From assembly GCA_945870825.1 (NCBI GenBank), contig CAMBTM010000003.1:5290-69289 (forward strand): DNA of 64,000 bases, written 5' to 3'. The DNA is from Rhizobium sp. Q54 (GTDB taxonomy: Bacteria; Pseudomonadota; Alphaproteobacteria; UBA7879; VGCX01). Shown piece after piece: positions 56,280-64,000 of this stretch (the first letter of the stretch is position 1; each line of letters starts with the position of its first letter). The notes beneath the pieces are model-generated. The model was not told where the DNA came from and did not search any database. It saw only the letters and a list, made by a program, of their open reading frames with translations. A program made the translations under genes and the position numbers.

Positions 56280-57342
56280 AATTATATTCCTCATTGCTTG
56301 TTTGTTGAGCTTAAGGGGTTATTCTTCCCTTTGGACGCCTTTTACCCATAAGGTCGTCAAGGGCGAAACCCTTGCCGAGGTTGCCCGAAAAACAGGAATT
56401 AGAGAAGACGCGATCATCCAGCAAAACCAACTGAAATCCCCCTTTGCGTTGAAAGAGGGACAAAATCTTCTTCTCCCCAAACCATCGATATTGGAAGAGC
56501 GGGAAGAAAAAGAACGCGTGGCATTAGAGAAGAAGCAACATTCTTCCTTGTCACCCCCGCGAAGGCAGGGACCCACGGTCACAAACAAGATCTTGAAAAC
56601 GGAAAAATTATCTGACCGCAAGGCGTTGACGGATCCCCTGGATCCCCGCCTTCGTGGGGATGACAACAAAGGAAATGGGGATGACAAAAAAGCAATTAGG
56701 GATGATAAAAAAAGAAGTAGAGATGATAAAAAACGGAATGGGAATGACAAAAAAGGAAGTAGAGATGACCAAAAGAAATCCATCCATGTCACCCCAGCCT
56801 CTTCTCTTGTCTCTCCGGCTTCTCCTGTTATTGCAGCCTCTTCTCCTGTTGTTGCTCCCGCTTCTTCTCTTGTCACCCCCGCGAAGGCGGGGGCCCAGAG
56901 CCACAAACGCAATCTTTTAAAACAAAAACCCAGCCCCATCAAAGCGCCCACAAAAAAATTGTGTTTCTTAAAACCCATCAAAGGCCCGACACTCGCTCCC
57001 TATGGTCCGCTGAAGAATGGCACTCAAAATGACGGGATTAATATTGGAGGTAAAAAGGGATCCCCTGTCAAAGCGAGCGAGCATGGCACCGTGATTTATC
57101 GAGGTAATGATATTGAAAGCTACGGCAATCTTGTGTTGATTAAGCATAATGACACCTGGGTTTCAACCTATGGGCATCTTAAAGATATCAAGATCAAACG
57201 GGGTGAGCGTATCAAACGCGGCCAAATAATTGGAACAGTTGGAACCACCGGACATGTGAAAAAACCTCAACTACATTTTGAATTGAGACGTCATCACCGT
57301 CCCGTGGATCCAACCGCTTACCTTGAAAAGAAATCGGACTGA
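56239..57342 (+). CDS. nlpD: LysM + M23 peptidase lipoprotein-like protein (NlpD-like), with a repeat-derived linker
   Basis: 367 aa. LysM ..HKVVKGETLAEVARKTGIREDAIIQQNQL... M23 ..DGINIGGKKGSPVKASEHGTVIY..GNLVLIKHN..STYGHL..GTTGHVKKPQLHFELR... The start is uncertain (overlaps surE by 41 bp). Confidence 0.85.
   Translation: MTRHSVIWPKLLTKIIFLIACLLSLRGYSSLWTPFTHKVVKGETLAEVARKTGIREDAIIQQNQLKSPFALKEGQNLLLPKPSILEEREEKERVALEKKQHSSLSPPRRQGPTVTNKILKTEKLSDRKALTDPLDPRLRGDDNKGNGDDKKAIRDDKKRSRDDKKRNGNDKKGSRDDQKKSIHVTPASSLVSPASPVIAASSPVVAPASSLVTPAKAGAQSHKRNLLKQKPSPIKAPTKKLCFLKPIKGPTLAPYGPLKNGTQNDGINIGGKKGSPVKASEHGTVIYRGNDIESYGNLVLIKHNDTWVSTYGHLKDIKIKRGERIKRGQIIGTVGTTGHVKKPQLHFELRRHHRPVDPTAYLEKKSD
56550..56664. 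mobile_element. Family-A palindromic element copy lying in-frame inside the nlpD-like CDS
   Basis: The termini gtcacccccgcgaaggcagggaccca / tggatccccgccttcgtggggatgac are mutually inverted and match the intergenic family-A termini. A further terminus lies at 56872-56900. Confidence 0.8.
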
Positions 57343-57540
57343 TCCTGTTGCTATCCCGAGAAAAGTTAGAAATAACTAAAAGATCATGCAATGCAGAGGT
57401 TTCGTTACGAAGTCGTCTTCCTGAATCACGCCGTATTGCGTTGAAGACAGCTAGGACGAAGACGAAGCGTCTGGTGTGGGGATCCAGGATGAGCCGTAAG
57501 GCGATGCGTTAGCACATGATAATTTACGTTAAGGATCTAT

Positions 57541-58088
57541 AATAAGGCTCTTATGCAAAATGAGTGGGTAAGTGAAAAAGCTAGAAACATATATCCGACC
57601 TCACTTTTTAAAAATCCCCCTCACCGCCCATCATCCAGAGCTGAACCAACGCCTACGAAATTTATGATAAAGAAAAACCCTTCTCTCCATCGATCATTCA
57701 GGCACCGCTAAAGCCCCACCAGTGCCGTCCTCCAAAGCCCACCGATCCCCCCGACGCCGTCTTCCAGAGCCCACCGAAGGTGGGCGTGGGATCCAGAAAA
57801 ATAGCCCGTTAGGGCTACTCACGATTTGACTCCCTCACCATTTTAGAGGGTTGAAAGGGCGCATTTTAGCCATTCGGCTAACCTTCTAGATCCCACGCCC
57901 CGCTTGTAGCGGGGCTCTGGAAGACGGCGTCGGGGGGCTAAAATACAATATTTTCAAGGACTTTAAACCAAAAAAGCCTACATTTCTCTCACACATTTCG
58001 TAGGCGATGGTTCAGCTCTGGATGACGGGCAGGGGGGGTGTTTTTAAATGCTTACCCACTCGTTTTGCATAAGAGCCGATTATTATGA
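57541..58088. repeat. ~550-bp composite palindrome (family-C arms enclosing MITE B4)
   Basis: The left arm ataataaggctcttatgcaaaatgagtgggtaagt .. aaaaatccccctcaccgcccatcatccagagctgaaccaacgcctacgaaat is mirrored by atttcgtaggcgatggttcagctctggatgacgggcagggggggtgttttt .. gcttacccactcgttttgcataagagccgattattat on the right. Confidence 0.85.
57726..57939. mobile_element. Family-B MITE-like element, inverted orientation (B4)
   Basis: Reverse complement of the B2/B3 sequence, including both termini (ccccccgacgccgtcttccagagccc at 57749; ggggctctggaagacggcgtcgggggg ending at 57939) and one extra end unit at 57726-57748. Confidence 0.88.
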
Positions 58089-58097
58089 CTAGGTGGC

Positions 58098-59414
58098 TTA
58101 ATATTTATAAAGTCTCCGTCCTTGAAATTTCACAAGGATGAAAAGTGGTGTGCTGGCAAAAAATAGAATGGCGCCATAAAAGAAAACTTCTTGACCTGCG
58201 CCTACAATCGCCCAAAGGGTATAGAATAAGGCCCCAAGCGAAAGACAGACTGCTCCAAACGATATTTTGACGGCTTTGCGTTCTTTCAGACTAATCATTA
58301 TCTCCGACACAATGGAAAAAAGGTAGGTGGTCAAAGCGGCTAAGGTTGCAAGGGTAATCAGAAATGTAAACTGCTCCACAAGACTTTTGTCATAATTCAT
58401 CCAAAGGACAATCGACATAATGCATCCTGTCATAAAAAGGGTTCTAACTGGGGTTCCTTGTTTGGATGTTTTACCAAAAAAACTGGGGAAAAGTTTATCA
58501 CGCGCTGCTGCCATAGGAATTTGGGACTGGATAAAGATAAACCCATTTAAGGATCCAAGGGCTGCAATGATGGCGCCAAGGGCAATGGCAAGCGCTCCCC
58601 AGTGACCAAATAAGCGTTCAGCTGCAACAGCAAACGGGGCAGGGGTATTTTGCAAAACATCATTGGGTATAAGACCAATCATGGTTGTTTCAGTTACCAT
58701 GTAAATAACGCCCACAATCAAGGTTCCTAAAACTGTTGCAAGAGGGACGATGCGTTTTGCATTCATGACATTATCAGAGGGAATAGTCGCACTCTCAAGG
58801 CCAATGAATGTCCACATGGTCAACGTAGCTGTTGCCATAAATGCACTATGATTTGGCATGCTTGTCACATTAAAGGCTTGGAAATGGCTAGAGTCTATGT
58901 GAGGAATTCCCCATACAACGATCGCTACAAGGGGTAGGATTTTAAGAATCGTTGTAACAATCTGGAAGGTTCCAGAAACCTTGAGGCTCAACATGTTAAG
59001 GATTGTAAGCCCCCAAATGATGCCAAGACCACAGCTAAATCCAATATAACTACTACCCTGTAGTGTTGGAAAAAAGACACCTAAATATCCAACGACCATG
59101 ACAACAGTTGCAGCACTTCCCACCCACATAGAAATCCAGTAGTTCCAGGCGACCTGAAATCCCATAAAGTCTCCAAGACCTTCCTTACAGTAGGCATAGG
59201 GTCCTCCAACATTGGGAACTTTTTGGGAAAGTTTAGAAAATATCAGAGCAATAAGAAGAGATCCTCCTGCTGTAAAGCCCCAGCCCAAAAGACTAATGCT
59301 GCCATAGTGCGCTAGACTTGCTGGCAGGGAAAATACACCAGAACCAATCATGTTGCCCATTACCAGACAAAGAAGTGTCCAAAATCCAATTTTCGTTTTG
59401 GTAGGGCTTGTCAT
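58098..59414 (-). CDS. APC-superfamily amino acid permease/antiporter
   Basis: ORF 58098-59435. ATG at 59414 (MTSPTKTKIGFWTLLCLVMGNMIGSGVFSLPASLA..), a typical APC opening. 12 TM. Confidence 0.85.
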   Translation of the reverse strand: MTSPTKTKIGFWTLLCLVMGNMIGSGVFSLPASLAHYGSISLLGWGFTAGGSLLIALIFSKLSQKVPNVGGPYAYCKEGLGDFMGFQVAWNYWISMWVGSAATVVMVVGYLGVFFPTLQGSSYIGFSCGLGIIWGLTILNMLSLKVSGTFQIVTTILKILPLVAIVVWGIPHIDSSHFQAFNVTSMPNHSAFMATATLTMWTFIGLESATIPSDNVMNAKRIVPLATVLGTLIVGVIYMVTETTMIGLIPNDVLQNTPAPFAVAAERLFGHWGALAIALGAIIAALGSLNGFIFIQSQIPMAAARDKLFPSFFGKTSKQGTPVRTLFMTGCIMSIVLWMNYDKSLVEQFTFLITLATLAALTTYLFSIVSEIMISLKERKAVKISFGAVCLSLGALFYTLWAIVGAGQEVFFYGAILFFASTPLFILVKFQGRRLYKY

Positions 59415-59418
59415 GTCT

Positions 59419-60735
59419 TTACACCTTATACACAATGTCTTTTCGTAGTCTCAAAATGCCGGCCAAATTAATCAGCATCAAAAGGCCACCGACGATGTTC
59501 ATGATCATAAAGGCATAACGGGATTCAAAAAAAGAAAAGAATACGAAGGAAAAGGCTGCGTAACAAAGGTAAATCTTCATACCATGATTAGGCATCAAGA
59601 ATTTGGCACACTTAATGCCAGCAACCAAGTAAGCAATAATGGTAGAATATCCTAAGACAAAAAGACAGGTGGGCATAAAATATTCCATGTAGGGGAAATA
59701 TTTGGAAAGGGCTGTTTGAACAAGAAGGCTGCTATCTATATCTGTTGTCCAAACACCGGTCAATACCACAAGCAAAATAGTACACGAACAAACAATGAAG
59801 GTATCAAGAAAAATCCCTAAAATCGTCAGGCTTGCTTGTTTGGATGGATCTTGAAATTTTGTTTCGCTATGAAGGATGGAGGCGTATCCAATCCCGATAT
59901 CCCCAGAGTAAGCACCGCTGGCAATTCCCTTTGAGAGTGTCAGGATAAAGGTACTCCCGGCAAAGCCACCAACGGCGGCATGGCCGTTAAAGGCAGAATG
60001 AAGAATAACACCCAACACATGGGGCAATTGATCGATTTCAAGGATAATGACCCAGAGCGTCATGGCAAGATAGATAATGACAAATCCTGGAATCAAGATA
60101 CTGTTAATGGTTCCAATGCGCTCGACCCCGCCCAGAACGGCAAAAAGAATGAGGGCCAAAAACATCGGAATAACAAAGGTTGCATCCACGTCAAAGTTGG
60201 TTTCAAAGGAATGCTTCACCACGTTAAACATGTAGATCTCAACACCGTAAATACAAAGCAGAACACACATAATGCCTGCAATCCAGGGATACTTGGGGAA
60301 TGCTTTTTGAAGAAAGTACATAGGCCCACCGTCATAACCATTTTTCCGGTCATGGTGACGGTATTTGACGCCTAGATACACCTCAGAATACTTGATGATC
60401 ATGCCAAGAAACGCCACAAGCAATACCCAAACCAAAGCGCCAGGTCCCCCAATTTGAACGGCGAGTGAAACGCCTGCAATATTCCCGATCCCAATGACCC
60501 CGCCAATGGTTGCAAAAAAGATCTTGAGGGGGGAAACACCTCGATCTTCTTTGCTAAATTCCTTGCTTTTGCCGCACGCAATAAAGTGTTTAAAGGCTTT
60601 GCCGAAATGGGTAATTTGAAACCACCGGGCCTTGAAAGATAAGTAAAACCCAAGAGTTATGATAAACCCGAGGCCCAAATATCCCCAAAGAATCGTGTCA
60701 TTAAAGTATTGTAAGGCGTGAAAGATACGGTCCAT
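59419..60735 (-). CDS. Alanine/glycine:cation symporter (AGCS family)
   Basis: 438 aa. ..LGFYLSFKARWFQITHF.., ..GVSPLKIFFATIGGVIGIGNIAGVSLAVQIGGPGALVWV.., the AGCS signature. Confidence 0.9.
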   Translation of the reverse strand: MDRIFHALQYFNDTILWGYLGLGFIITLGFYLSFKARWFQITHFGKAFKHFIACGKSKEFSKEDRGVSPLKIFFATIGGVIGIGNIAGVSLAVQIGGPGALVWVLLVAFLGMIIKYSEVYLGVKYRHHDRKNGYDGGPMYFLQKAFPKYPWIAGIMCVLLCIYGVEIYMFNVVKHSFETNFDVDATFVIPMFLALILFAVLGGVERIGTINSILIPGFVIIYLAMTLWVIILEIDQLPHVLGVILHSAFNGHAAVGGFAGSTFILTLSKGIASGAYSGDIGIGYASILHSETKFQDPSKQASLTILGIFLDTFIVCSCTILLVVLTGVWTTDIDSSLLVQTALSKYFPYMEYFMPTCLFVLGYSTIIAYLVAGIKCAKFLMPNHGMKIYLCYAAFSFVFFSFFESRYAFMIMNIVGGLLMLINLAGILRLRKDIVYKV

Positions 60736-60736
60736 G

Positions 60737-62548
60737 TTAATCTGTTCTCTTCAGGGCTTCTAAAAAGGCACTGTGGGGGATTTCAACGTTTCCGATCTCG
60801 CGCATGCGCTTTTTCCCCTTCTTTTGTTTGTCTAATAGTTTCCGTTTACGGCTTACGTCACCGCCATAACACTTAGCCGTCACGTCTTTCCTTAAGGCTG
60901 ATATGGTTTCGCGTGCAATGACCTTTCCACCGATGGCTGCTTGCAGGGCGATTTTAAAGAGCTGGCGTGGGATTAAATCTTTAAGTTTTTCGCAAATTTC
61001 ACGGCCACGGGCCTCGGATCGGTCGCGGTGGGCTATGAAAGACAAAGCATCAACCGGTTCGCTGTTCACCATAATACCGACTTTCACCAAATTAGACCGT
61101 TCATAGGAATCTAGCTGATAATCAAAGCTGGCATAGCCTTTGCTGACGGATTTGAGGCGATCATAAAAGTCAAAAACAACCTCATTCAAGGGGAGGCGAT
61201 AAACAGCCATAGCGCGATTGCCGACATAGGTTAAATCCACTTGCTGGCCCCGACGATCTGTGCACAGTGTCAAAATGGAACCTAAAAATTCATCAGGGAC
61301 CAAAATTGTGGCCTTGATCCAGGGTTCTTCGATAAAATCAATCAAGACGGGATCTGGCATATCGGCAGGGTTATGGAGTTCTTCCACAGTATGGTTGGTT
61401 TTATGAACCCGGTAGACAACACTGGGCGCTGTACTCACGATATCCAGATCAAATTCACGCTCCAGCCGTTCTTGGATAATTTCCAAGTGCAGCAGTCCCA
61501 AAAATCCACAGCGAAAGCCAAATCCTAAAGCAGCAGAACTTTCTGTTTCATATTGAAAACTCGCGTCATTCAGGCGTAATTTCGCCAAGCTATCTTTCAA
61601 GACTTCAAAATCTGCAGCGTCAGCGGGAAATAACCCACAAAACACAACAGGAACGGAGGGTTTAAATCCAGGCAAGGGTTCTTGGCAAGGGCGGCGTTCT
61701 TCCGTGATCGTATCCCCAATTTGACAGTCAGCCACCTGTTTGATGCCTGCAATGATATAACCCACTTCGCCAGGGCTTAAATTGTCTTTCTTTTCTTTTT
61801 TCGGGGTAAAGACCCCGACTTCATCCACTTCGTAAATGGAGCGTGTTCCCATCATCTGGACTTTCATCCCGGCTTTTAAGATGCCGTCCTTGATTCGGAC
61901 CAACGTCACAACACCCAAATAGGTGTCGTACCAACTATCGACCAAGAGCGCCTTCAACGGCGCTGTGGCGTCTCCCTCGGGGGCGGGAAGACGTTTAACG
62001 ATGGCTTCGCACAGATCTTGAATGCCAATACCTGTTTTGGCCGAAACCAAAATGGCATCTGACGCATCTAACCCAATGACTTCCTCAATCTGGTCGCGGA
62101 CCCGGTCGGGTTCAGCGGCGGGTAGATCGATTTTATTCAAGACAGGAATGATTTCATGGTCCACTTCAATGGCTTTATAAACGTTTGCCAGTGTCTGGGC
62201 CTCAACGCCTTGACTGGCGTCTACCACCAGGATAGATCCCTCACACGCCGCAAGGCAGCGACTGACTTCGTAAGCAAAGTCCACGTGACCCGGGGTGTCC
62301 ATCAAGTTCAGCTGATAGGTTTTGCCGTCCAGGGCATTGTACGTCAACCGGACCGTTTGGGCCTTGATGGTAATACCGCGTTCTTTTTCAATATCCATGG
62401 AATCCAGCATCTGTTCCGTCATATCGCGCTTGGACACAGCGTTGCAGTGCTCAATAAGACGATCTGCTAACGTAGACTTGCCGTGGTCAATATGGGCAAT
62501 AATGGAAAAATTCCGAATATGTTCTATTTTCGTTCTATTATTTTCCAT
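60737..62548 (-). CDS. lepA: Translation elongation factor 4 (LepA)
   Basis: 603 aa. ..[21 protein letters not shown].., ..DTPGHVDF.., ..NKIDL.., LepA_C ..[23 protein letters not shown].. Confidence 0.97.
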   Translation of the reverse strand: MENNRTKIEHIRNFSIIAHIDHGKSTLADRLIEHCNAVSKRDMTEQMLDSMDIEKERGITIKAQTVRLTYNALDGKTYQLNLMDTPGHVDFAYEVSRCLAACEGSILVVDASQGVEAQTLANVYKAIEVDHEIIPVLNKIDLPAAEPDRVRDQIEEVIGLDASDAILVSAKTGIGIQDLCEAIVKRLPAPEGDATAPLKALLVDSWYDTYLGVVTLVRIKDGILKAGMKVQMMGTRSIYEVDEVGVFTPKKEKKDNLSPGEVGYIIAGIKQVADCQIGDTITEERRPCQEPLPGFKPSVPVVFCGLFPADAADFEVLKDSLAKLRLNDASFQYETESSAALGFGFRCGFLGLLHLEIIQERLEREFDLDIVSTAPSVVYRVHKTNHTVEELHNPADMPDPVLIDFIEEPWIKATILVPDEFLGSILTLCTDRRGQQVDLTYVGNRAMAVYRLPLNEVVFDFYDRLKSVSKGYASFDYQLDSYERSNLVKVGIMVNSEPVDALSFIAHRDRSEARGREICEKLKDLIPRQLFKIALQAAIGGKVIARETISALRKDVTAKCYGGDVSRKRKLLDKQKKGKKRMREIGNVEIPHSAFLEALKRTD

Positions 62549-64000
62549 CGCGTAAAATGCCTCCTAATTCCTTTTCAACAGCGTTGATGATGCGATTAAA
62601 GACACCATGAATATCCCCGTCCGTCAAGGTCGCATCGATGGGTTGCAGATGAAACCGGATAGCAATAGACTTTTTGCCATCGGTCACATTGGCCCCTACA
62701 TACACATCAAAGACACCAATCGTCGTCAATAATGGTTGTCCTGCTTTCTTTGCAACCGCCACCAATGCTTCTGACGGTACGTTCTGATCCACAATAAAGG
62801 CCAGGTCCTTTTCAACGGGTTGGAAGGATGACAATATCACAGCCCCTTTATTCGTTGGTTTGGCCTTTGGCATGGGCAATGATGATAAAAACACCTCAAA
62901 AGCCATGACAGGCACTTTAATCCCGAAAGTTTTCAAAATAGAGGGATGCATTTCCCCAAAATAGCCGAGGATATTTTTAGGCCCTTGCATCAAAAGACCT
63001 GAGCGGTAGGGATGCATCCAATTTGGAATATTAGTTTGGCTGATTTGAACAGACGGCATACCAAGAACAGCCAAGGCATCTTGTTTCACGTCAAAAATGT
63101 CATAAGGCCTTTCTTCTTTGGTCCAATGGTTCCCATTCAAAAGGCCTACCCTCACGCCGCCTGCAACGCTTTTTTGATCCTCTGGTTGAATGCCCTGGTA
63201 CGTGGGACCGACTTCAAATAAATTTAAAGGCGTAATGCCGCGACTCAAATTTCGCTTCAAGGCAAAAAGAAGCTGGGGCAAAAGGGAAGGGCGCATCCAT
63301 TCCAAATCCGTTGTGATAGGATTTACGATACGCAGGGTCTCATGGGTGCCGCCAAACAGTTGGAATGTTTTGGTGTCGACCATAGACCAGGTGATAGCCT
63401 CCATCATGTGCCGGTTGGCCAAAAGACTTCGAACCCGAGCAATCCGTTGTTGTGAAAGGGTCAAGGGAGCAAAAGTATAGGTGTTGATAGGAGGTAGGGG
63501 GAGAAGTGGGATGGTGTCATAGCCCACAAGGCGCAAAACCTCTTCCACCAAGTCTTGGGGAATTTTTAAATCATGGCGCCAAGACGGCGTTTCAACAGTG
63601 ATGGCCGTGTTGGTTTCATTGAGGATTTGGCATCCCAGAGAGGTCAAAATAGGTGTTATGCTTGATACCGGTAGGTCGACACCCGTTAAATCTTTTACCA
63701 TCCCATAGGGCAATTCAATCGTGTGTTGATTCTTCAAGGCCTTGCCTGCTTCAACAACGCTACTCGCTTCCCCACCACATAAATCCAGAATCATCTGGGT
63801 TGCAAGGTCAAGACCCGGCCCTGTGCTTTGAGGGTCAATGCCACGTTCGAAGCGGTACCGGGCATCGCTATGGATCCCGAGTTTCCGACCTGTTTGGGCC
63901 GTACGGATGGGATCAAAATAAGCAGCTTCTAAGAAAACATCTGTTGTCTCAAGGGTACATCCCGATTCAAGACTTCCCATGATACCCCCAAGGGCCAAGA
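62538..64000 (-). CDS. pheT: Phenylalanine-tRNA ligase beta subunit, C-terminal ~487 aa (5' end off-window)
   Basis: The frame is open to the window edge. B3_4 ..[27 protein letters not shown].., B5 and the C-terminal FDX-ACB domain ..[15 protein letters not shown]... The Met at 63998 is internal, not the true start. Confidence 0.93.
   Translation of the reverse strand, partial: LALGGIMGSLESGCTLETTDVFLEAAYFDPIRTAQTGRKLGIHSDARYRFERGIDPQSTGPGLDLATQMILDLCGGEASSVVEAGKALKNQHTIELPYGMVKDLTGVDLPVSSITPILTSLGCQILNETNTAITVETPSWRHDLKIPQDLVEEVLRLVGYDTIPLLPLPPINTYTFAPLTLSQQRIARVRSLLANRHMMEAITWSMVDTKTFQLFGGTHETLRIVNPITTDLEWMRPSLLPQLLFALKRNLSRGITPLNLFEVGPTYQGIQPEDQKSVAGGVRVGLLNGNHWTKEERPYDIFDVKQDALAVLGMPSVQISQTNIPNWMHPYRSGLLMQGPKNILGYFGEMHPSILKTFGIKVPVMAFEVFLSSLPMPKAKPTNKGAVILSSFQPVEKDLAFIVDQNVPSEALVAVAKKAGQPLLTTIGVFDVYVGANVTDGKKSIAIRFHLQPIDATLTDGDIHGVFNRIINAVEKELGGILRDGK

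Noticed and set aside
57343-57540. A 200-bp ORF-free stretch after nlpD with short hairpins (tcgtcttc/gaagacga), as a candidate small RNA
   Set aside because: I recognise no family (not SRP, 6S, tmRNA or RNase P). Part of it (..gtggggatccaggatgagccgtaaggc..) looks like a degenerate MITE-B fragment, so it is most simply decayed repeat sequence. It cannot be excluded without expression data.

Overview
This 64-kb chromosomal window comes from an alphaproteobacterium. It looks like an obligately intracellular, Rickettsiales/Holosporales-like organism, but that is an inference from three things: a TLC-type ATP/ADP translocase, alphaproteobacterial gene orders (tsaE-amgK-murU-addB-addA, serS-surE-nlpD, DUF1013/TrcR), and a moderately AT-rich background. 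All calls rest on motif recognition in the supplied translations plus my own reading of the DNA. No similarity search was run.

I support about 57 protein-coding genes, almost all housekeeping:
- Heat shock: grpE, hrcA and groES/groEL, with a perfect CIRCE operator upstream of groES.
- Core functions: rph, hemW, accA, tsaE/tsaD, gpsA, map, serS, surE, lepA and a partial pheT.
- Energy and repair: a PFK, hppA, phrB and addAB.
- Envelope genes and transporters.

I found no rRNA, tRNA or CRISPR array.

I did not find a clean multi-gene system with defence, secretion or other hallmark genes. The unusual content is the following:
1. Two families of GC-rich, nested-palindromic MITE-like elements. 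Family A is a 3 x 181-bp tandem array after tsaD. Family B has four copies with 26-bp terminal inverted repeats. In both families the terminal motifs are tandemly amplified.
2. A family-A element translated in-frame inside the linker of the NlpD-like LysM-M23 peptidase, as reported for Rickettsia palindromic elements.
3. An AAA+/DUF4143 ATPase gene bracketed by ~125-140-bp direct repeats, each carrying a terminator hairpin and a G10-11 tract.
4. A GC-rich secreted protein with 35-aa tandem repeats, apparently in an operon with a small beta-barrel OMP.
5. An 856-aa outer-membrane protein that reads as signal peptide + 3 AMIN-like modules + 2 tandem 8-strand-type barrels, sitting directly upstream of dacB (PBP4).
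6. Decayed Fic and Rpn/YhgA-like genes.

Start codons are my best choices and may be off by a few codons.
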